From the human T2T-CHM13v2.0 reference genome, Homo sapiens: a DNA stretch of 64,000 bases. Both the position numbers and the translations under genes were made by a program. This document shows positions 54,283 to 64,000 of the stretch, in pieces. Positions within the stretch are counted from its first letter, which is position 1; each line of letters begins with the position of its first letter. The stretch is taken from assembly GCF_009914755.1 (NCBI RefSeq), contig NC_060926.1; one strand, 5' to 3'. The notes below the pieces were generated by a model. That model was not told the origin of the DNA. It searched no databases and was given only the letters and a program-made list of their open reading frames with translations.

Positions 54283-56798
54283 ATAAACTCAACAGGAGCT
54301 CTGAGAAATATCTGAGAAATACTGACATGTTATTATAAATCATTATGTGAGGCAGAAAGCAAGGCAAAGCCATGAAATCTTCCCTAGATTCCTTCATTTG
54401 GGTTGAGAAGCTATTTGGCTTGCTTTGATACATTCCTAATGTAGTGTGAAAATGGGTTTACTAGATATATAGGACATCATCTGGTTACCTGTAAAACAGA
54501 AGAAAATTCCCTGGGAATCACTTCACAGTCTTTTGGGAAACCCTATATGATGCTCAGTACCAGTTACCTGAAGGGGTTAAGGAGACAATCCCTACCTTTC
54601 GGCAGTTTTACACATTCAGAATTTCTCAGACTTCCTTGACCCTTTCAAACTGGGGATGCCAATTATCCTATTAGATGTAAACAAGGATCCAATCACAGGG
54701 AGCAGAGTGGGAGATATTAGCTTCTATGTCATATGCTAGCCTAGTTGAAGGAAGCTAAAGGTCATTTGTAAACCTCCTGTTAACTTCTAGAAGGCCTGAG
54801 GATGGTTGCAATCTCTGGAGTCACAAGGGCCTTTTTTACAGATGACCAGCTGGTTAAAAGGAAGAAAAAAAAAAGGAAAAGAAAAAACTGTTATTAGCTT
54901 TTTAAATGATAGTGTAACGAGGCTTGGTGAGACAAGAAATGCTAATGTGTCTATAGTAGAGAATAATGTAAATAAAAATTAATCAGAAATGTACTAAAAC
55001 CCCTTAAAAATTAAAATCTAAGAAATTTTGTCAAATATGGATTCAAATATATTAGTAAACAAAATAATTCACTGAACTTTACACTTTGGATTTTGCAAAT
55101 GCATTTTGAATGTCTACCATTTATACATATTATATTAAAAATCAATTCACTCACAGAAAGCTAGAGTCAAGAAGGGACCTTTGAAGTCATTGGGGTCAGC
55201 ATGTCTCTGGCCTCTGTGAAATAAATGTCAGTGGCATTCCCCAGTCACATGTTATACAAAAACCTTCACACACATTATGCATCATTTTACTGTTCAGAGA
55301 ACTAAGTGGAGAGGAATTGTATTACAGCAGAGATATCACAGCATAGCTTTTAGAAGTTCAATGCTTAGAATTAATTAGACTGACCCAAATCCTGGTTCCA
55401 CCACTTGACCACTGACAGATATTGAGAGTTTTAAAAAATCTCCATCAGCATCTATTTGGTTTCCTGTTAAAAGAAAAAAGCACATAGCTCTATTTACCCC
55501 CAATAAATATTGTGGGAAAAATGGTGAATTTACCTCCTGTGCATGTTTTTGCTTGCTTTTCTAGTTGATTTTAAATACTCTATTAGTAAAAATATTAACC
55601 TTTATGTTTCTAAATCTTGCAAATGTGTTTATCATGATAGTTGGCATGGAAATTTATGATTAAAAATATGGATTCTATATTTCAAACCGTTTCTGCTCTT
55701 TCTCCTTTGATGTTACCCTCTGTTTCTTCCAAGAATCAAAAGAATTCTGAAAAGATCTGTACAATTAAAGTTTACAGTCTAGTTCCCAGATTGACCATTT
55801 ATCAATTTTGTGGCTTGGTTACCAAATTAATTTCTCTAATTTTGATTTCCCCATCCATAATGTAGTAACAATAAGACTTATATTACTACAAGGTTTTCTT
55901 AGAATTAAATATACTTAGTAAACTATAAAGTATTATGTAATCTAAGAACGCATTGGTTCTTAAGAGAAGATATGCAGGTAGAACAAAGATATATTTACAG
56001 TTTTCTCTATACTTAACATTATTGTTATATAGTATTACAAAAAATGTACTTTGTAAGTTTTTAGTGGTATAGTTTTTTCTTACTCAATTTTAATGTCTAT
56101 AGCTATTTTCACAAATCCAGTATACACAGTTCAGTTGTTGCTTAGAGTTAGTCAATTTTATTCTCCAATGTAGATGTACATTTCTTGTATGGTGTCTCAA
56201 TTCTCACCTGGTGTGTTGTGCTTGTTTGCTTGCTTTTGCTTATGTTTTACTAAAAACTGATGGATCTAATATTCCATTCACTTAGAGTGCCTTTATCTGC
56301 CTGATCGGTTGATCTGAAAAACAAACAAACAAACAAAAAAATGATGAGCACTACTGAGTTAGCCCTACTTAACAATTCAGATATTGAAACATAGAAAGCA
56401 AACTCACTATAAAAATAAAGTAGAGTGTGTTGACACTGTCCTGGAAGGTAACACTAGACAGGCAGATGACAACATTAGATATCAAAAGTATAAGTATCCT
56501 ATTTGAAATCAGTTAAGACATTATAGATATATACTGTTTTTACAATAGTTACATTTGGATTTGGAGTAACCAGTGAGAATACTTAGAAGCCAGTAGGGTT
56601 TTGGGACAAAAAGTAGGCATTCTACAAATTGTACGCAAGAGGGCCCCAAGTATTATACATAGTGGGCTCCTAAAAAGAGTTTTTCAGGAAAGATTTTTGC
56701 ATTCGAAACACTTGAAAACCTTTCACTGGCTTGATAACTATTGCAGTCATTTATCCCAGCAAAAACAGTCTCCTAAATCTCATCTTGACCTTTGTGAT

Positions 56799-57074
56799 TG
56801 ATATGGTTTTGGTGTGTCCCCACCCAAATCTCATCTTGAATTGTAGTTCCCATAATCTCCATGTGTCATGAGAGGGACCCAGTGGGAGGTAATTGAATCA
56901 TGGGAGCAGTTACCTCCATGCTGTTCTTGTGATAGTGAATGAGTTCTCATGAGATCTGATGGTTTTGTAAGGGGCTTCCTCCACCCCTTTGCTCTGTATT
57001 TCTTACTGCCGCCATGTGAAGAAGGATGTGTTTGCTTCCCTTTCTGCCATGATTGTAAGTTTCCTGAGGCCTTC
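56799..57074 (+). mobile_element. THE1 (B/C-like) MaLR LTR, 3' end missing
   Basis: TGATATGGTTT...CCCACCCAAATCTCATCTTGAATTGTAGTTCCCATAAT...GATTGTAAGTTTCCTGAGGCC. Confidence 0.9.
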
Positions 57075-57121
57075 TGTATTATAAGGGTTCTCTTAGAGGG
57101 ACAGAATTAATAGGAGATATA

Positions 57122-57177
<56 letters not shown>

Positions 57178-57542
57178 TTTATTAAGTATTAACTTACATG
57201 ATCACAAGGTTTCACAATAGGCTATCTACTTGCTGAGGAGAAAGGAGAGCCAGTCCAAGCCCCAAAACTAAAGAACCTGGAGTCTGATGTTTGAAGGCAG
57301 GAGGCATCCAGCACAGGAGAAAGATGTAGGCTGAGAGGCTAGGCCCATCTTGCTTCTTCACATTTTTCTGCCTGCTTTATATTTGCTGGTGGCTGATTAG
57401 ATGGTGCCCACCCGATTAAGAGAGGGTCTGCCTTCCCCAGCCCACTGACTCAAATGTTAATCTCCTTTGGCAATACCCTCATCCAAGATCAGTATTGCAT
57501 CCTTCAATCTAATCAACTTGACACTCAGTATTAACCATCACA
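57075..57542 (-). mobile_element. MLT2A2-like 3' LTR of HERV-L
   Basis: Minus strand TGTGATGGTTAATACTGAGTGTCAA...GTAAGTTAATACTTAATAAACTC...AATACA. Internal (TG)n(TA)n at about 57122-57174. Preceded by the PPT AGGGGTGGACT. Confidence 0.9.
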
Positions 57543-60213
57543 AGTCCACCCCTTGTCAAGTTGAAGCCATACACAGCTCCTGAGATCACACATAATCTTC
57601 AAATAAAGACAATAAGGTCATAATTACACCTAACGTAATACAACTATCTTTTGTACAAGCAGAAATGCACCAATCCCCAACCCAAATACTATTACATAAA
57701 GTTAATACTTAAATGCTGATATGAAGTCAATAAATCATATGTCACATGATAAAAAGGAAATAAAATGAAGATATTGTCTTCGTACAAGTGTGCACATTCA
57801 CAAACATGTTTTTAACAAAAGAAGGAGGAAATACTAATGACAGTTATGGTCCTTTCTGCAGCCGATCACGTGGTCATGGGTGGTATTGATGACTACCTCC
57901 TTCTACTACCCATTAGGTATTCCCTTTGCCTTCAGGAAGCACTTGAGCAGGTTGTGTGTGTGTGTTTTTGTTTTGCTTTGTTTTTTGTTGTTTTTTCCTA
58001 GTGTAGTGACCCAAACCTTCATTCCCAAGGGGTCTGGACCATTTGTAGTCCTACTTGGATTGGGCTGTTGTAGTTTCCCATTAATCTTAATCACAGGGCA
58101 TGGTAATACTAAGAGAAGCCCTAATAGATCTCCTGTATTCCATGCGTACACTTCGTTACCTCCATTGTAGAGTAGTAGACTGATTTCATCTTGATAGTCC
58201 AGACCAATCACCCCAGCCAACACTGTAAATCCCTTTTCAGCTTGCTGACTCAAAGGTAGGAGGAGCCCAAAGTGCCCAGGTGGCAATCTTAACCTCCAGT
58301 TTAATGGAATTGTTATTGTGTCTCCTGGTGGCAGCATTCCTCCCTCTGGAACTGAGACCTCTAGGCCAGCAGAACATAATATCTTGGGAACAGGAAGCAA
58401 AAATTTTGCTAGTGGATCACTAGGGGTGACAGTGAGTGGTGCCACTTCAATTTCCACCCCTTGATTCCCAGACCCGTGAATCTGGGCTACAAGAGAAACA
58501 GTACCATATATTGAATGCTGATTCAGAGCATACATGGCCTTCTGGAGAACTTTGTCCCAGGCCTGCAAAGTATTGTCACCTAGTTGGCATTGTAATTGTG
58601 ACTTCAAAAGGCCATTCCACCGTTCTATCAATCCAGCTGCTTCAGGGTGATGGGAAACATAATAACAGTGAATTCCATGAGCATGAGCCCACTGCTACAC
58701 TTCTTCAGCTGCAAAGTGAGTGCTTTGGTCAGAGGCAATGCTGTGTGGAATACCATGATGGTAGGTAAGGCATTCTGTGAGTCCATGGATGGTGTTCTTG
58801 GCAGAAGCATTGCATGAAGTATAGGCAAACCCATATTTGGGGTAAATTTCTATTCCAGTGAGGACAAAACTCTGCCCTTTCTGTGATGTAAGAGGTCCAA
58901 TGTAATCAACCTGCCACCAGCTAGCTGGCTGATCACCCTGAGGAACGGTGCCATATCAAGGGCTCAGTGTTGGTTTCTGCTGCTAGGAAATTGGGCACTA
59001 GGCAGTGGCTGTAGCCAGGTCAGCCTTGGTGAGTGGAAGTCCATGTCGCTGAGCCCATGCTTAACCTCCATCCCTGCCACCATAGCCACTTCGTTCATGG
59101 GCCCATTGGGCAATGACAGGGGTGGCTGGGGAAAGATACTGAGTGGTGTCCACAGAACGGGTCATCCTATCCACTTGATTATTGAAATCCTCCTCTACTG
59201 AGGTCACCTATTGGTGAAAACTCACACAAGATACAAATATCTTCACAGGTTTTGACCAGAGAGGTCCATCCACATACCTCTTCCCCAAATTTCTTTGTCA
59301 CCGATTTTCCAATCATACTTCTTCCACGTCCCTGACCATCCAGGCAAACCATTGGCTACAGCCCATGAATCATTATATAATCACACATCTGGTCATTTCT
59401 CCTTTCACGCAAAGTGCACAGCCAGGTGTACCGCTTGAAGTTCTGCCCACTGGAAAGATTTCCCTTCACTGCTATGCTTCAGGGATGTCCTAGAAAGGGG
59501 CTGTAGTGCTGCAGCTGTCCACTTTCGAGTGGTGTCTGCATATAGTGCAGAACCATCTGTGAACCAGGCCTTAGTCTTCTCTTCCCCTGTAAACTGATCA
59601 TAAGGAACTCCCCATGAGGCCATCAGGGCAGGCTGAGTGACAGAAGGAAGGGTGACAGAAGTGAGAGACCATGGACATTTGAGCTACTTCCTTATGTAAC
59701 TTACTTGTGCCTTCAGGAACTGCTGGATCCTGATCACATATATACCCCTTCCATTTGATGCTGGAACACTGCTGTGCATGACACACTTTACGACTAGATG
59801 AATCAGAAAGCACCCAGCTCATGATAGGCAGTTTAGGTCACATGGTGACTTGATGACCCATAGTCAAACGTTTAGTTTTCACGAAAGCCCAGTAACAGGC
59901 CAAGAGCTGTCTCTCAAAAGGAGAGTAGTTATCTGCAGAAGATGGCAAGACCTTGCTTCAAAATCCTAGAGGCCTCTGGTGTGATTCACCTATGGGGGCC
60001 TGCCAAAGACTCCAAATAGCATCCCTATCTGCCACTGGCACCTCAAACACCTTGGATCTGCTGGGTCATATGCCCCAAGTGGCAGAGCAGCTTGCACAGC
60101 AACCTGGACTTGTTGCAGAGCCTTCTCCTGTTCTGGAGTCCCATCAAAACTGGCAGCCTTTCAGGTCACTCAATAAAAGGGCCGGAGTAAAACACCCAAA
60201 TGAGGAATGTGTT
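57543..60213 (-). mobile_element. HERV-L internal region, 3' part only (RT end, RNase H, integrase, dUTPase; no env)
   Basis: RNase H motifs WFTDGSA and WAELQAV, integrase ERWNGLLK, dUTPase downstream of integrase, which is the ERV-L architecture. Confidence 0.93.
57906..58631 (-). pseudogene. HERV-L integrase C-terminus plus dUTPase, 241-codon stop-free remnant
   Basis: ORF track shows IERWNGLLK...LPPGHFGLLLPLSQ...VLAGVIGLDYQDEI. dUTPase motif 3 (normally GVIDxDYxGE) is degenerate. Confidence 0.88.
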
Positions 60214-60962
60214 CACCCAAATGAGGAAGTTTACCTCAATAATTGCTAGAATATCTAATGGACTATTTCCTGCTACACCTACACGCCCCATCCCTATTCA
60301 CTTTCTCTGTTGGCTTCTTTACCTCTTCTTCCAAGTCCATTAGTGACCTTTACCTACAAGTTTGTGTAGAAATCAGCCTTGACAGAGACAAGAAGTGTAA
60401 TACAGCCTCCTCAGCCTCTCATTGCATAGAATTTAGAACTCAGCTACTTATCCTGCTTGTTGGGAGCCTGGTACATAGTAAACAATCAAATAAATATTTC
60501 TTGAAAGAATAAATGAACAAATAAATGAATTTTTATAGCATCATTTTATTATTGAGTACCCTTTGCTGACAATTAGATATGAAGTCTTCTGATGCCCTGG
60601 AATTAAGTTCTGCATACTATATTGCTCCCAAATCAAGTTTGTCTTCTTGCTTAGGTGTAGGTAAAACTCATGATCAGATACATCACGACCAATTGCTCTC
60701 TCAATACAAGATAGCAACTACTGAATAAATCTCTTAATCTTCTTTTAGATTTTGTACTTCGTTTTTTACCTTTACCATTATAGTCATCACCACAAGCTTA
60801 ATCTATTACATTTTTTTCCCAAGATAATGGTAAGGATGCATTTTTTCATTCAGATCTATACTAGAAAGCTAGTCATCCAGTCTCACTAATAAGCCAAAGA
60901 CCTAGGAGGAGTGGACAAAGTAAATTACATCAGAACATTCACAGATCCACATTTGAAGTCTA

Positions 60963-61162
<200 letters not shown>

Positions 61163-63867
61163 GGTGTATGGTTCTTTGTCATTTGTTTGGTGGAGACTGA
61201 CTAGTCTCTTTCCGGAATATTCAAGCTCTTTCGGATGAGTCTTAACGTCTCCTAAAAAAGACAGGCCAATGTTCCCATCATTGCCATTTACTCAATGATC
61301 ATTTATTTTCCAGCTTGTCCACCATCTCAATTTTAGTGTTATCACTGTTGAGTAAATTGTCCTGAGGCAGCAATCTGTCATTCTCCAAAGACAACTCAAC
61401 TCCCTCAGAACTTTACAGGGCATAGGTGTAGCATTCAAGAATATAATTTGCAAAATGACATCCTGGGATGCTAAAATCTTTGATTCGTTTCACATGATAA
61501 GTCATTTCTCTGAAATGGTTATGTCGTCATTGCACTGTGGCAGAAGGCCAAGGGTAGGCCATTTTAGCTAGCTGAGGTCACTTGGCAAGTCTGCTTACAA
61601 TTCCTGGCCCTGGTGAGATTCATTCCAGTGATGAAGTAAATCTTTCTTTGACAAAATGAAGATATCATGTTCCATTAAGTAGAATTTATTAAAATAGTCA
61701 AATATTCTCTGCAAAGTTCTATGATAAGGAAAAAAACAATTTTGTTCAATATCCAAGTAAATTACCATAGAATATCATAAAAATACTGAATAATTGATTC
61801 ATTAAATCATTTATGCTCCAAACTAAACTTATAGTGTGCCATAGCACTGCATTTGTTATAAAAGGAAAAGGTTAATGAATTAATAATAAGATTTCTTGCC
61901 TGTCAGAATTAATTGAGATATTTGGAGGAATATTTAGAAAGAAATACAAAATAACTTCTATGAAACTAGTATACATCAGTGAGGATATATGGTCCAGAAT
62001 TTTTGAATATCTGCTTAATGGGATATTTGGAAGAATCAAGTTATAAGATGGGAGACAGAGGGGAAGACATACTGGGAGAGACAATGACATTTGCCAAGGC
62101 CTATAAGCCCACTAGACTAGTAAGAGTATGAGGGAGAGAGAGTGGGAAAATGAGAGGAGATTTCTAGTCTACTTAGACATCTTCTATTCCAACTACCAGA
62201 AGACATGACAAATCTCAAAAGTGGTAGAGAAAACTTCACTTGGTCGGAAGTTATATAGATCTTGATAAGTCTGTGCCACTCACCATTTGAGAAAGCTGTT
62301 TCACCTTCCTGAATTTCAGTTTTCTAGTGTTTAAAATAGTAATAAGTTGTAATGAGGATCAAATAAGATGATACATGTAGAGCTCTGTGTCTGCAACAGA
62401 TCCCAGGGAAATGTTAGAATCCTTCCTAAGTCCCCCTTAATTTAGAGGGGTTGCTATTGTTATTTAATTCTAAGACAACAATCACCACACAGCCTACCAA
62501 AAGATTCCTATTAATGCATCTCCTAGAAACCAAATACATAGAACTGTGAGCTGAGGTCACCCTGAGAATATTTTCCATCCTTGTACCTAATATAGTCACT
62601 TCTAACTGTATCTTTATGAATCTAGATTTTCTGTTTTCTGTATTTGTATTGGAATCAAGGATGTGAGAAGACTTTGGAAACTGCAAAAGAAAAGAATTCA
62701 ATTATACCAACTATGTCTACATTTTAAAATTTATTGTTCATTGTAATTTTTCCAATAATTTTGATTTTTTAAAATTGTGTTAAATATTATTTGATTACTG
62801 ATTTGGGGGGTATCTTTTTAAATCATGTGGCTGAGGCAAGTATCTTATTGTCTTACCCTAGTCCTGGGTCTGTAGGAGGTATTTTTAGATGTTGATTGAG
62901 CAATTTTGTTTTTGTGTCACCTTACAATAGAATTCAGGGTGAGCTTCATCATAATATATTATGTCAAACAAAAAAGAAAATTGATGTGCAAAAGAATCAT
63001 CAGCAGAGAGGGCATGAGATTACTCCAACCAAGGAGATGGGATTTCTTGACTGCTCTCCCTCCCATTTCATTATCACAGATATGGCCTCATGGCCTGTGT
63101 AGCCCAGTGCTCAAAGGCCACTTCAAGGTGTTTGGCATGCAGTCAGCATCACTGGAAAACTAGACATTTCTCTTTTTGTTAGTGACACCTCCGCTGGTTT
63201 ATGCTTTTCTAATAATAATTTATGATTCATTGAGCACTTATAGCATGCTAGACATTGGAATATGTATTTATATTTCTCGACCAGTTTTAATTATTTTTAA
63301 GGAGCCAATAGGAAGTTTTTATTAACATTCTACAGATGGTGAATCTGAAACTGAGAGACATCAGCCAACCTGTTGAAAGCCTGTTCTTAGAATTAAGTTT
63401 CAAATATGGCAGCCTTCCTCAAGAGAAAAGAACATTAAAGAGATAAGACATTAAAGTTGGAACTCTGAACTCTGGAAATAAATATAAATTAGACTACAGG
63501 TTACCATGCCCATAGTTGAAAGATCTTTATGATCAGCATAATGTCAAAAATAATATCCTGATTGGAGTTATATAGAATTGATAAAACATCAACAAAGCTG
63601 CAACAACACACACACACAAAATCAAAGTATCATCCCTGAAAATACAGAAAAGATAAGAAGCTAGGTTATTACTGTGGAAGCAAAAAAAAGGACCAGGCTC
63701 TGGGAAAATTTCAGCAGTTCATATTGGCAGAGTTTGGAATACAGAATACAATAGTATGAGTAGTCTAGAAAAGTAAAATAGAAGTTATGAATCAAATAGA
63801 ATTGGGTAAGCTCTCAGCTGACTAAAAGCCACATTGGGAGAAGGGCATAATTATTGGATAAAAGTAA

Positions 63868-63995
63868 GCAGCAAACCATCCTAGTTTGCCTGGGACTAAG
63901 AAAGTTACCCCAGACATAATCACGTAGGGCTAAAATGAGGACAATTCCAGGAAAGTTGTACAGTCCCAGGAAAGCCAAGATAGTTTGTCACTATA
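63868..63995. mobile_element. MER94/MER81-like hAT-Blackjack MITE
   Basis: CATCCTAGTTTGCCTGGGACT ... AGTCCCAGGAAAGCCAAGATAG inverted arms. Confidence 0.55.
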
Positions 63996-64000
63996 GAGTG

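Noticed and set aside
53918-54433. 171-aa minus-strand ORF
   Set aside because: The poly-Phe comes from the A38 tract. No domain or coding-like composition.
56775-56788. AAATCTCATCTTGA just upstream of THE1, repeated inside its 5' end
   Set aside because: A 14-bp match only. Could be an older MaLR remnant or a local duplication, and cannot be resolved from the sequence.
57906-58631. Possible domesticated dUTPase gene
   Set aside because: No ATG at the ORF start, the motif 3 Asp is replaced (GVIGLDY), and upstream pol is frameshifted. Consistent with neutral decay.

Overview
AT-rich, repeat-dense primate (human or great ape) nuclear DNA. I can support no intact host protein-coding gene. Positions 1-5231 hold the 5' half of a degenerate class I ERV on the minus strand (HERV-I/HERVIP10-LTR10 type: LTR, tRNA-Pro PBS, gag, pro, RT, RNase H). 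Its LTR carries 7 AP-1 motifs in a tandem array, it interrupts an LTR8, and it sits in a cluster of further LTRs to about 7.8 kb. A 252-bp mitochondrial COX2 insertion (NUMT) at 13028-13279 is flanked by an 11-bp direct repeat and carries non-human-like residues. The middle of the window contains Alus, old L1s (one twin-primed, one scrambled), MaLR LTRs and DNA-transposon fossils. At 56.8-60.2 kb a truncated HERV-L (MLT2A2 LTR, integrase, dUTPase, RNase H) is nested in a THE1 LTR, forming a DUX4-motif cluster with a splice donor that points back into the window. Repeat family names and comparisons with consensus or mtDNA sequences are from memory and need RepeatMasker/Dfam or alignment confirmation. 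Old-repeat boundaries are approximate.
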